64,000 bases of DNA, from NCBI GenBank assembly GCA_963699545.1, contig CAVOUE010000004.1, positions 128,001 to 192,000 on the forward strand. The letters are read 5' to 3'. Every line of letters begins with the position of its first letter. The stretch's first letter is position 1. The position numbers and the translations under genes were made by a program. Origin of the DNA: Nitrospirota bacterium (GTDB taxonomy: Bacteria; Nitrospirota; Thermodesulfovibrionia; Thermodesulfovibrionales; UBA9159). Shown in pieces: positions 10,396-19,947 of this stretch. The notes under the pieces were generated by a model. It did not search any database. It was not told where the DNA came from and saw nothing but the letters and a program-made list of their open reading frames with translations.

Positions 10396-11661
10396 TTAGT
10401 CTTTCATCTCCGCGGGAACAGGGCACCGGGGGACCTCAGACTGCTCTCTTCTCACCGGCAGGTACCACAGTACCCCGTCCGCAGTCATGCATATGCCTGC
10501 CACAATGAGCAGAGAATCCAGCACCGTTAGTATGCTGAAGCCGAAATACTGCACAAGGCCGAGTCCAAGACTCAGGAAGGAGATGCCCGAACGGATTAAT
10601 GAGAGCCCGGTCCTTGCCCGGGACTGGAGCGTGCGATAACATGCGGCCACGGTGCGCTGCCCTGCCAGGACATTCCTCTCCCGGGCAAGATGGGTGCGCT
10701 CCCTGCTCGCAGGGGACGGGTAGAGTATGGTGGAGTGGCCCGCAAGAAAATCGCCAAGACGCCCGAGCATCGTCTTTTTTGTGGGGACTGCTGTGCCCGC
10801 CTGCTCGATAAAATGATAGTCTTCAAGGAAATGCAGGGTCGCTGCCGTGACTTCCACAAGGGTCTGATGCCCCGGCGGTCTCATTCTAGATCTCCTCACC
10901 TTGAGATAGACGAACAGGCCGTAAGCGCCGATGGAAAAGCCCGCAGCCATCAGCAGCCAGAAGAGAGAAGACGTCGGCAGCAGCCGGTGGGCGCGAACAA
11001 GGGTGTCAGCCATGGCGATCATGCCGAGTCCCCACCTGAGAAGTGCAAGGCCCGTTCTCCCCTTTGCAAGGTCGTTTCTGTAGCATGCGAGCCTGGTCCT
11101 CCACTGGGCCATCGTATTGCGCCAGAAGGCCAGAGCGGTTCTTTCAGTTCCTATGAGGCGTCCCGGTTTTGCATGGAGGAAATCCTGAATGAACCACTCG
11201 ATATCCTCTCCGAGGGCCACTGAGAATTCATACTTCCCTGCCTTGATCGACCTTTTGACCTCATCCCGTACCCCGGGATCTTCGGGATTGTTTGCAACAA
11301 TGACCACCATCTCCCCGTGCCTTATTAGCGGGAACCACTGGCTCATGAAAAGCCTGTCACTGTCAAGTCCCGATAACAGTCCTGGCGGTACCGGCATTCT
11401 CTCATCATATTCCACAAAAGGACATTGATGATGTTCTGAAAGTGCCTGCAGCAGGGCACGGCGGGGAACATGGCAGTCTTTCAAGAGTATCTTCTCAAGG
11501 TCAATCCCTCTCGCCGCAGCCGCATCTTCTGCCCCACGAAGCTCCTTCTCCGTCAGGATGCCCCGGTCCAGCAGAGGGAGAAACCTTTCCGCCTGGGCAC
11601 TCCAGGCGGTTTCCTCCTGGTGAATCCTCGCCGCAGTCCTTGTCACATCAAAGTTCTTCAT
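10396..11661 (-). CDS. T2SSE_N-like domain + 2 DUF202-like modules
   Basis: LLDRGILTEKEL...ALSEHHQCPFVE...WFPL...NPED, then two RTxLAxxR...RTGL..R.G + TM-pair modules. Confidence 0.7.
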   Translation of the reverse strand: MKNFDVTRTAARIHQEETAWSAQAERFLPLLDRGILTEKELRGAEDAAAARGIDLEKILLKDCHVPRRALLQALSEHHQCPFVEYDERMPVPPGLLSGLDSDRLFMSQWFPLIRHGEMVVIVANNPEDPGVRDEVKRSIKAGKYEFSVALGEDIEWFIQDFLHAKPGRLIGTERTALAFWRNTMAQWRTRLACYRNDLAKGRTGLALLRWGLGMIAMADTLVRAHRLLPTSSLFWLLMAAGFSIGAYGLFVYLKVRRSRMRPPGHQTLVEVTAATLHFLEDYHFIEQAGTAVPTKKTMLGRLGDFLAGHSTILYPSPASRERTHLARERNVLAGQRTVAACYRTLQSRARTGLSLIRSGISFLSLGLGLVQYFGFSILTVLDSLLIVAGICMTADGVLWYLPVRREQSEVPRCPVPAEMKD

Positions 11662-13303
11662 GGCGAAAAACCACCTTTCCCCAATCACACGTGGGTCGGC
11701 CGTAATCAGGGACAACAATCTCCATATCGCCGAAACAATAGGGAAACTGCCCTTTTATTTCGTCTGCCGGGACATGCCAGTGGAGCCCGTCCGCCACGAG
11801 CGCGAGCCCGGCTATGATCAGAAAAGAATCGAAGAGTGTCCATGCGATGTTCCCGGTGCCGAAATATGCCAGAAGTGCCAGCCCCACGCCGGATATGCTC
11901 ATTCCGGTCCTAATGAAAGCCATTCCTGTCCTTGAGCGGGCCATGACCGTGCGGAGTCGTGCCATCACGTTTCTCCTCTCCGCAAGGACGGTCCTTTCAA
12001 GGGCTAATCCCGTTGTTGCCCAGATGCCGGGTGAGCAGGGCCTTGTCAGGGGAAGTGGGGATGATATCCCTTCACCATCGTGTCTTTTGTGAGCAGCGGG
12101 AAAGACAACGTCCCAGATCGTTGTTTTCTCCCCTGTCCTGATGACCGATGCAAAGCTGTCCCTGCCTGCCCGCCGCCCGGGGAGATACCAGTAAAACCCT
12201 TCCATGAGCATCAAAGAGCCCGTAAGGATAAGGGCCGCATAGAAAATCGTCCAGAGGCCCCCGGGGAACTGCCTCAACAGCGCAATCCCAAGTCCGGCGA
12301 AAGCGATCCCCGTCCGTGTAAAAGCAAGTCCTGTGCGGGCGCGTGCCATGATTGTCCGGTAGCATGAAAGGCTTGTCCTTTCCTCAGCGAGATCGGTCCT
12401 GTCGCTGGCCAGGAACCTGCGCCTCATCACCGGTGAAAGATCGCGCCAGCCGGTGCGCAGTACATCTGCACCTTCCACCTGTTCTGTTCTGGTAAACACA
12501 GGGTCACTCCCGGGATTTGAGACTCCGAGGACAGTCGTGCCCCCTGTGGACTCGGTGGAAGCACAATAGAGTTTTTTCCCGGAGATCTTTCTGGCAGGGA
12601 CATACCAGACAAGGCCGTCGACAGTCATAACGACACCAGCCGCGAGAAGCAGGGCCTCAAATATGGTGAGATATCCGATCCCCAAGATTCTCAAGAGCAC
12701 AAGGGCGACTGCCATAAAAGATACGCCTGTGCGGATGAATGCAAGCCCTGTCCTTCCCTTTGACAGGGACGTCCGGTAACATGCCATGAGTGACCGCCTT
12801 TCCGCGAGGAATGTCCTTACCTTGGCGAGGGGCGTCCTGCCCCCCGAGGGAGGAAAATGGGGATTCAGATCATAGCTGTTTTCGATGATCCTGATGAGAT
12901 CAGAGGGCAGGGCAACAATGTAGTCGATCCGGCCAACCTGCAGGGTCTTTCTGATGTCCTCAACCACCAGAGGGTCATCCGGATCATATGTAATTACTTC
13001 AGCCCGTTCCTCCGTCACGGACAGCGGAAACCAGAGGGCGCTTTTTTGCCGCTCCATATCCATGCGTTTGGTGATGAAGTGGGAGGCCGCAATATTCTCG
13101 TCATACTCCATGAAGGGATAGCCGTAATACTCGGACAGGCAGAAGAGCACTTCATGTTTCGGGAGCCCGTGGCCGATCAACACGTCCTCGGGGTATTGCC
13201 CGGAATCTTCAGCTTCCTTCATCAGCCTTTCGAACTCCTCTGACGTAAGAAGTTCCTTTCTTAAGAGTCTTTCAAACTTCCTTTTTTTCATTGTGTTGCA
13301 CAT
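11648..13303 (-). CDS. T2SSE_N-like domain + 3 DUF202-like modules
   Basis: LLRKELLTSEEF...LSEYYGYPFME...WFPL...DPDD, then three RTxLAExR...RTG.AF.RTG + TM-pair modules. Confidence 0.7.
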   Translation of the reverse strand: MCNTMKKRKFERLLRKELLTSEEFERLMKEAEDSGQYPEDVLIGHGLPKHEVLFCLSEYYGYPFMEYDENIAASHFITKRMDMERQKSALWFPLSVTEERAEVITYDPDDPLVVEDIRKTLQVGRIDYIVALPSDLIRIIENSYDLNPHFPPSGGRTPLAKVRTFLAERRSLMACYRTSLSKGRTGLAFIRTGVSFMAVALVLLRILGIGYLTIFEALLLAAGVVMTVDGLVWYVPARKISGKKLYCASTESTGGTTVLGVSNPGSDPVFTRTEQVEGADVLRTGWRDLSPVMRRRFLASDRTDLAEERTSLSCYRTIMARARTGLAFTRTGIAFAGLGIALLRQFPGGLWTIFYAALILTGSLMLMEGFYWYLPGRRAGRDSFASVIRTGEKTTIWDVVFPAAHKRHDGEGISSPLPLTRPCSPGIWATTGLALERTVLAERRNVMARLRTVMARSRTGMAFIRTGMSISGVGLALLAYFGTGNIAWTLFDSFLIIAGLALVADGLHWHVPADEIKGQFPYCFGDMEIVVPDYGRPTCDWGKVVFRHEEL

Positions 13304-13531
13304 CTCTCGACGAAATTAGTCGGCAAAGAAGCAGAGTGGTCAGGAGGGGAAGGTCATAGCGGCTTTCCGATACCTGGTGCTGGTCCTTTGTGATTCTCTT
13401 ATCCTTCGATCACCGGGTCTGTATCGGGCTTATGTTCTATCGGGTCTTTTTCCTCTATCTGAAATGGTCTTTCTCAATCCCCTGATGCCCTTTCCAAGCC
13501 CCTCGCCGGGCGTGTTGTCAGCCCGAGGGGG

Positions 13532-14431
13532 TCACTTCACCACGAGGATGGGACAGGCGGCATGGGTAATTACCCGTTCTGTGCTGCTGCCCATGATCGC
13601 CTTGTTCACGCCGCTCCAGCCGCATGTTCCCATAACGATGAGATCATTTCCCTGCCTGCCTGCGGTCTCAACTATCTTGTCTCCGGCGTGTCCCTGTTCC
13701 ATGACCGTTGTTATGGACACGCCCTCTCCTGAGGCCAGCTCTTTCGCCTTGTCCAGAATCTTTTGCGCCTCCGCGTGAAGGCTTTTCTCTATGGAAGCGG
13801 TCCTGAAGAACTCCACCATCTCCTCATACCGGGGGATCACGTAGATCGCGGTAATCTCAGCACCATCGAGTTTCGAAAGCTCACAGGCCCTCTTAAGGGC
13901 CTTTTTGCTGAAGTCCGAGCCGTCAAAGGGGACGAGAATGGACCCGTATGTGCCCGTGCATTCAGTACAGGGCTTCTTCACCACGAGGACATCAGTGGTG
14001 GAATTGATAATGACATGGGACGTCACGCTGCCCATGAGGAGTCTGTTCAGTCCCTTCCTCCCGTACGTGCCCAATACAATAAGGTCCGCCTCTTTCCCCT
14101 TTGCGACATCAACAATGACCGTGGGCGGATCGCCCTCGCAGAGCAATGATTGCACTTCTACTCCCCATCCCGACGTGAGCATTTCCTTTGTCTGGACGCA
14201 GACCTTTTCTCCGATCTTGAGACGCTTGTCCAGCTGGTCCGGAGCTATTCCGAATTCCTCTTCATCAAAGAACACCGCATGCACGAGGATGATCTTCCCC
14301 CCGTGCCTCTTGATCCAGTGCGCGGCCTCGGTGAGCGCCGCCTTGCTGGAAATGGATTCATCAAAACCAACGACGATATTCTCATATATGGTGTTCACCG
14401 CTTTATCCACCTGCTGTGCAGATATTCTCAT
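13532..14431 (-). CDS. Tandem-domain universal stress protein
   Basis: NIVVGFDES, DLIVLGTYGR..LMGSV, ILVPFDGS, IMGSS...ACPILVV. Confidence 0.9.
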   Translation of the reverse strand: MRISAQQVDKAVNTIYENIVVGFDESISSKAALTEAAHWIKRHGGKIILVHAVFFDEEEFGIAPDQLDKRLKIGEKVCVQTKEMLTSGWGVEVQSLLCEGDPPTVIVDVAKGKEADLIVLGTYGRKGLNRLLMGSVTSHVIINSTTDVLVVKKPCTECTGTYGSILVPFDGSDFSKKALKRACELSKLDGAEITAIYVIPRYEEMVEFFRTASIEKSLHAEAQKILDKAKELASGEGVSITTVMEQGHAGDKIVETAGRQGNDLIVMGTCGWSGVNKAIMGSSTERVITHAACPILVVK

Positions 14432-14463
14432 TTTCTTCCGGGGTACGCAAGGGACCCTGCGTA

Positions 14464-15273
14464 TTAGTGCGCCCCGCCTCCTTTCCTGAATACCATGCCT
14501 ACACCGAAACCGGCAGCCAAGGCTGCCATGATCGAGACGATGCCATACAGCGCCCCGTTATTTCTTGCCATGCCCGCGAGGGACTTTACCATGCCGACCT
14601 GCTCCACAGAGACGTGGGTCTCTGCGGTTTCGACCACCTTGTGGTTCTTCACCGCGTATACGGTGATCGTGTAATCGTCCGGACGCGCCTGATAGGGCCA
14701 GTCCAGGAGCACGTAATAGTTCTGACTCCCGTTGTTTTCCGTCAGGTTGATCTTCCCGGATGTCACCGAGTAAAGGGATGACGACTCCTTGAATTTTACG
14801 AACTCACCAAACCACTTCTCTTTTTCTCCCGCATCGGCCACGGGTTCCATTTCAGCATGTTTCGCCAGGGCCGGGTACCCGATCACCTTCTTGTCCATCT
14901 CATCAGTGCTCAGGATGTCCTCGATCTTCCTTGTGCTGTGAAGGGAATAAAGGTTCGGCACCTTGTTAAAGGTCAATTGTCCCACATTCATCCATAACAC
15001 TCCTGCCACCTTGCCCTTCTTGCGCAAGGCCTGTTCCCCTTCAGCAGAAGCGATCTTGATGATAAGGTCAGTGCCGGGATCGGATACGCCTCTCACGCTC
15101 ACTGAACCCCCGTGGTAGAAAAAGTCGATCGAGATATGGTCATGATTTGCCTTTGCGGTGAGTTGCGCCGACGCCCTGTCGGACACGATGAACGTTGACA
15201 GCAGGCAAAGAATGACGGTGCTGAACCATAAAGGTACGTTGAACATTGAACGTTGAACGTTGCAGTTTTCCAT
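14464..15273 (-). CDS. TIGR02186-like exported/membrane partner of TauE
   Basis: ISIDFFYHG, LRKKGKVAGVLWMN, VPNLYSL, C-terminal TM and RKGGGAH; ATG overlaps the TauE stop (TAATG). Confidence 0.65.
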   Translation of the reverse strand: MENCNVQRSMFNVPLWFSTVILCLLSTFIVSDRASAQLTAKANHDHISIDFFYHGGSVSVRGVSDPGTDLIIKIASAEGEQALRKKGKVAGVLWMNVGQLTFNKVPNLYSLHSTRKIEDILSTDEMDKKVIGYPALAKHAEMEPVADAGEKEKWFGEFVKFKESSSLYSVTSGKINLTENNGSQNYYVLLDWPYQARPDDYTITVYAVKNHKVVETAETHVSVEQVGMVKSLAGMARNNGALYGIVSIMAALAAGFGVGMVFRKGGGAH

Positions 15274-16187
15274 TAGTGTCCTCCTCCCTGGTAAGAGCAA
15301 CGACGGGCTTAGGGTAAGATCAAAGACCATCTTTACAGTTACCAGAAGCACGATGCCTGCAAGGATTATCTTGAGCTGGTCTGCCTTGAGCTTCCGTCCG
15401 AAGACCGCGCCGACCTGGGCGCCTAAGGTTGAACCGATCAGAAGGAGTACTGCGAGGATAAAATCCACGCTGTGGTTCGTATAAGCCTGAAGAAAGGTGA
15501 CCTCAATGCAGTTAAAGAGGATCTGAAAAAGACTGGTGCCGACGACAACATGCATCGGCATCCTGAGGATATAGACCATCACAGGGACCATCAGAAAACC
15601 GCCTCCTACGCCCATGACAGCAGCAAGGATTCCGACAAAGCCTCCGAAGATGACCGGGACGAGCACGGAATGGGTGACCCCTGATTTTTCAAAACGGGTC
15701 TGCAGAGGAAGAGACTTAAGAAATTTCGCCATGCGCGATTCCTTCTCAGGTGCCGTGTCCTCGATCTTCTTTTTCTTCATGCTCTGAGGCTCTCGATAAA
15801 CATATAGGTGCCCACAATCCCGAGCATCAGCACATAGGTTATCTTTATGACAAAGTCCGCATTGCCCATGGCCTTGAGGATCTTTATGCCCTGGACGCCT
15901 GCAAGACCGCCGGCAAACCCCCCGACCAGGAGATAAAGCCCCATCTTGAAATCAACATTGCCGATCTTCCAGTGGGCATATGTCCCTGAGGTCGATGCAG
16001 CGACGATCTGGTTCGAATCCGTTGCAGCGGCAACGGTTGAGGGTATACCGAACATTATCAGAAGCGGTGTCATAAGAAAACCTCCGCCTACTCCGAAGAG
16101 GCCTGAGAGCAGACCGACTGCGAGGCCCAGCCCCACAGGGATTAAGACGTTAATACTTGTTAATGCTACCGGCAGATAAAGATACAT
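15273..16187 (-). CDS. TauE/SafE-family exporter (frameshifted near 15780 and 15290)
   Basis: SGLFGVGGGFLMTP and MGVGGGFLMVP halves; probable true end ...QGGGH*. Confidence 0.8.
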
Positions 16188-16209
16188 TTATATTCCTCCT
16201 TTTTTCGTT

Positions 16210-16700
16210 CTATGCGACATGCGCATTCTTTGCCATGGTGACAATCGGCCGTGACGCTGTTTTTACCAGCTTGTTAAGTACCTTTGCGTTGACATTCCCG
16301 TCATTGGTGACGCTCGGACTTAGAAGGACCATGTCGATTTTCGCGTTCTGTCTCAGGATATTTTTTATGGCTGAGATCGCGTCCATGGCTGCTGTGCTGA
16401 AATCAACGGCAATGCCTGACTTCGTGCACTTCTCTTTCAAAGGCCAATCTTCTTTTCATAGTCTTCGTTATTCTTTTTGTAGTCCTCACTGATCATTTCC
16501 CTTGCGGTTTTGTGCATGCCGGCCTCGGCAAAGGTGATTGCGGTCATCATGTCGTCGAATTTTTCGAGGACCTTCCTCTTGTAGATCAGCAGTATCTCGA
16601 TGCCGTCATTCATCGTCTTTGCGAGGTCCAGCGCATAGGAGAGACCGTCATCAAAGTTCTCGTCATGATACGTAACAAACAAAAGCTGATTTCTCTTCAT
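16210..16700 (-). CDS. USP-like protein containing the FAEAG helix (frameshift near 16440)
   Basis: LSYALDLAK..IEILLI..KFDDMMTAITFAEAGMHKTARE...ASRPIVTM. Confidence 0.6.
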
Positions 16701-16711
16701 TGTCTTCTCCT

Positions 16712-17131
16712 TTATGCTCCAACTACCAGGACAGGGCAGGGGGCCAGGTCAATGACTTTTTCGACGATATTTTTGCCGAACAGTCTGCTGAACCAGTTTG
16801 TCTTGTTGGTTCCCATGACTATCAGGTCGCATTTTTCATCTTCTGCAACCTCGACGATCTTCTCGGGGACCTCGCCTTCCTCCAGACGCGTCTTCACCAG
16901 GGCGCGTTCGGCCTTTGCAATATCACCTATTACGTGCGATCTCCTTTCTTGCCCCGTTGTCCAGCACGTCACCGATATTCCTGATACCGACAAGATTGAG
17001 ATCTCCCTCATTGGCGGGAACCACCTTTACCACAGTTACCCAGCATTTTTCGTCCTGGGCAAGCTTAATCCTTGGGTAAGGACGTCTTTTGAACCGTTTA
17101 CTGCTATAAGAATTTTTCTATAACCCTTCAT
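16712..17131 (-). CDS. Universal stress protein (frameshifted)
   Basis: MKGYRKILIAVNGS... (manual reading) joined to DLIVMGT...APCPVLVV; GAGGAGG RBS. Confidence 0.75.
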
Positions 17132-17164
17132 TTCGGCCTCCTCGCTAAATCTATGAGATGTAAT

Positions 17165-17181
17165 TGCAATGCTGATGCCAA
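17165..17181 (-). promoter_or_regulatory. sigma54 -24/-12 promoter
   Basis: TTGGCATCAGCATTGCA (GG-N10-GC) upstream of the USP at 17131. Confidence 0.85.
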
Positions 17182-17449
17182 GATGTAACTCTATGATTTA
17201 TAGTGATAAAGTTGATTATTGCCTGACTTCAGCGTTTCATATTGGAACTGCGTTGAACAGCTGCTGATCGAAGCTTTGACCGGGCTTCGGTTTAAAAACC
17301 TTTTCATACCGGTGACTTGGCGACGAGGAAGTTCACGCTTCAAAAGGCACTTTAGCGGAAGTTCTGCCAAATTACCGTTTCAATTATGAACATCGTCCTG
17401 TCAGCCGGAAGGGTTGAGTCACATGCGTGATCTACGATAAGATAGACAA

Positions 17450-17995
17450 ATGATCATGACAGGTTCGCAAGGAATTTTGAGGCGTGCGACTTCTCTTTTA
17501 TCCGGGATATGCGTAACCGTTCTCTGTCTGTCCTGTTCGCAGGGGATCGACAGGGAAAGATTTCGGAATGCCGACCGTGTTGCCTCTGACGTGCAGCGTG
17601 CGGTTGTCGATCCTGCCGGCTACCAGCAGGTCGAGGAATTGGTGCAAAGGCTCTCGGACGAGGTAATGGCGCTCCAGGCCAGGGTGAAGTCAAAGAAAGA
17701 GCAGGAGTTGGCAGGGGAATATTCGGCGCTCCTGGGTATGTACCGGGACGGGTTGACGCTGCGGAGGTACCAGACTGAATTCTCCGGCCACGACTTCGTG
17801 CCCAAGGGACTCATCTATGTGGGTCAGGACGTTGAGCCTATCGTGACGAAATACCGACTTCAGACGGAATCGCACGTATTCGGACCGACCCAACAACACT
17901 GGAAGAGCATATCAGAGGATTCGATCCAGGTGATCTGGTATAACGCGGACCAGCAGTTGAAGAGGATAGGGGCGCTCCTCAAGGGAGAAGGCTAG
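17450..17995 (+). CDS. Hypothetical putative lipoprotein
   Basis: 181-aa ORF with hydrophobic leader ending LCLSC. Confidence 0.6.
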   Translation: MIMTGSQGILRRATSLLSGICVTVLCLSCSQGIDRERFRNADRVASDVQRAVVDPAGYQQVEELVQRLSDEVMALQARVKSKKEQELAGEYSALLGMYRDGLTLRRYQTEFSGHDFVPKGLIYVGQDVEPIVTKYRLQTESHVFGPTQQHWKSISEDSIQVIWYNADQQLKRIGALLKGEG

Positions 17996-18087
17996 GGAGT
18001 GTTGATTTCTTTCGGTGACTATTCTTTGTGAGGCAACTCATTGCGACTAATATGTACAGATTTTCATTATTTGCTGTATAATATTGT

Positions 18088-18363
18088 ATGAAGTTCGCTT
18101 GGGATGCTCGAAAAAGCGTTGCCAATAGGAGTAAGCATGGCATTGATTTCGAAATCGCTAAAGCACTCTGGCATGACGAAAACAGGATCGAGATCGAGGC
18201 GCCGCATCCTGTAGAGGATAGAAGAATCCTGATCGGGCGTCTTCAGGAGAAGCTCTGGACCGCCGTGTATACTATTCGGGGCGCGTCCACCGTCAGGATT
18301 ATTTCGGTGAGGCGTTCGAGGGATAAGGAGGTTGCATTATATGAAAAAGGAAAGATTGGCTAA
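18088..18363 (+). CDS. brnT: BrnT-family toxin
   Basis: FAWDARKSVANRSKHGIDF...EDR..IG....RIISVRR. Confidence 0.9.
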   Translation: MKFAWDARKSVANRSKHGIDFEIAKALWHDENRIEIEAPHPVEDRRILIGRLQEKLWTAVYTIRGASTVRIISVRRSRDKEVALYEKGKIG

Positions 18364-18610
18364 GAGCGTAAGGGAGTTCGACCGGCGTTTCGATGCGGGC
18401 GAGGATGTTCATGAACTGATCGATATGGAGAAAGCAAAAGTAGTGCGGCACGGGAAGAAAGTCCGGCTGACGATCGACGTCGCAGAGTCCCTGGTGAATG
18501 AACTCGATGAGATACGTCAGAAGATCGGAGTGGACAGAGGCGCCTTAATAAAGATCTGGCTGCATGAGAGGGTGACGCAGGAAAAGGCGACGCGGAAAGC
18601 CAATACTTGA
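18341..18610 (+). CDS. CopG/BrnA-type RHH antitoxin
   Basis: EFDRRFDAGEDV...VRLTID...LD....GVDRGALIKIWLHER; overlaps brnT. Confidence 0.8.
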   Translation: MKKERLAKSVREFDRRFDAGEDVHELIDMEKAKVVRHGKKVRLTIDVAESLVNELDEIRQKIGVDRGALIKIWLHERVTQEKATRKANT

Positions 18611-18619
18611 CACTACATG

Positions 18620-18661
18620 GTTGGGAAATACGATTGAGAAAGTGGGATGTGTCCCCAGTTA
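18620..18661. repeat. 42-bp direct repeat, copy 1
   Basis: GTTGGGAAATACGATTGAGAAAGTGGGATGTGTCCCCAGTTA; 39/42 identical to 19799-19840. Confidence 0.9.
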
Positions 18662-18684
18662 ATTTACACTGCATTGTGGCACCA

Positions 18685-19779
18685 ATGAAAATAGATAATA
18701 TTAAGACCAATATCTTCTTCATTTTGCCAATTGCTATGTGGTCGGCATTTTGTGGAAGCCTTCTCAGGAAGCCAAGCCAATTCTCTTCCACAGCTACCCA
18801 TCGGAATGATGTCCTTTTCCCTCTCGTTGTTTTCGCAATAGTCCTGCTTCTCGCCTCTGTAATTGCGATTGGCTGGGCGGGACCTTCGGACGCAATCCAG
18901 AACCCTGGCGTTATCACTTCGCAGCCATCGAATCCGAAGGCAGAAGGCATGAATATAGAGGATGCGAAGCGTGTTCAGAAGTGTCGCGATAAGATTGACA
19001 AGCTGGAAGATCAGATCAAACAGCTCGAAAGAGGCATCGAGCACATGAAGAAGGTTGCGGAGAAGATCAAGCTTGTTGATCGTAAGATAGAAGAACTGCT
19101 GCCGATCATCATACCTATGGTCGGAACCGACCCGCAGAATGTCATGGGCAGGAAGCGCAAAGAGTTTGCAGATATGTTGGCCAACAAGCTGAAGATGGTG
19201 GGCATCAGGCTCGACCCGGGGCAGCTTGAGACCCTGACCAAGTCCATAATGCGCGGTGGTCAAAGCGGCATAGCTGATGCAATGTCTATCTGCTTCCAGA
19301 TTGCCGAGCTATCTGCCGTCCAGGCTATCAAGAACCAAGTCGCCGCGGACAGGGCTTCCGGCAAGAGGGGCGACAACTTCACCGAGGAAGACGCCAGAAC
19401 CGTCTCCGGCGCCATCGACCACTTCAAGAAGGAAGGCACGGTACGGGGTGACCATCGCAACGATCCAGCACACGCGGCCGGCGACCATACTTACGCCAGC
19501 CTGAACAATTCCAAGTCAACCGGTGATTTGGCTACCGCGCAAAAGGACGGCATTGAGATCAGGGGCTTCAGCATCTCACCCGCTGACATTAAGACCGCCT
19601 CAAATATGAGTGGCCAGGGCGCGGTGGTGTACGTATCCGGCGTCATGAACGGCCAGATGAAGGCGAGGCTCACCCAGGTCAACGATGCAATCGACAAGCT
19701 CAAGGGAGCGATTAAGAGCCTGCGCGGCGGGATCCGCAAGCTGGAGCAGGAAATCGAAGATATCGAGAAGGCCAAGTAG
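18685..19779 (+). CDS. Hypothetical membrane-anchored/secreted coiled-coil protein
   Basis: Hydrophobic segment PLVVFAIVLLLASVIAIGWA; heptad coiled coils near both ends; start uncertain (18685 or 18736). Confidence 0.65.
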   Translation: MKIDNIKTNIFFILPIAMWSAFCGSLLRKPSQFSSTATHRNDVLFPLVVFAIVLLLASVIAIGWAGPSDAIQNPGVITSQPSNPKAEGMNIEDAKRVQKCRDKIDKLEDQIKQLERGIEHMKKVAEKIKLVDRKIEELLPIIIPMVGTDPQNVMGRKRKEFADMLANKLKMVGIRLDPGQLETLTKSIMRGGQSGIADAMSICFQIAELSAVQAIKNQVAADRASGKRGDNFTEEDARTVSGAIDHFKKEGTVRGDHRNDPAHAAGDHTYASLNNSKSTGDLATAQKDGIEIRGFSISPADIKTASNMSGQGAVVYVSGVMNGQMKARLTQVNDAIDKLKGAIKSLRGGIRKLEQEIEDIEKAK

Positions 19780-19798
19780 GTAAAAAAGAGTCAGAATA

Positions 19799-19840
19799 GT
19801 TGGGAAATACGATCGAGAAAGTGGGATGTGTCTCTAGTTA
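19799..19840. repeat. 42-bp direct repeat, copy 2
   Basis: GTTGGGAAATACGATCGAGAAAGTGGGATGTGTCTCTAGTTA. Confidence 0.9.
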
Positions 19841-19947
19841 TTCTCTGAAACACGCGAGCCTGAAACAAGCGCCGGAGAATCGCGGGTCATGGCAGGCATA
19901 ACAATTTCTGCGGACGTTTTGAACACACCACTAAGGAGAGACAGATT

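Noticed and set aside
14464-15780. Apparent TauE/TIGR02186 fusion (438-aa ORF)
   Set aside because: A frameshift near 15290 hides a ...QGGGH-TAATG stop/start junction; two genes are more plausible.
18620-19840. Direct repeats as a CRISPR array
   Set aside because: Only two copies, separated by more than 1.1 kb, and no cas genes.
19895-19925. GCATAAC...GTTTTGA as a second attC
   Set aside because: Too short and lacks complementary L boxes.
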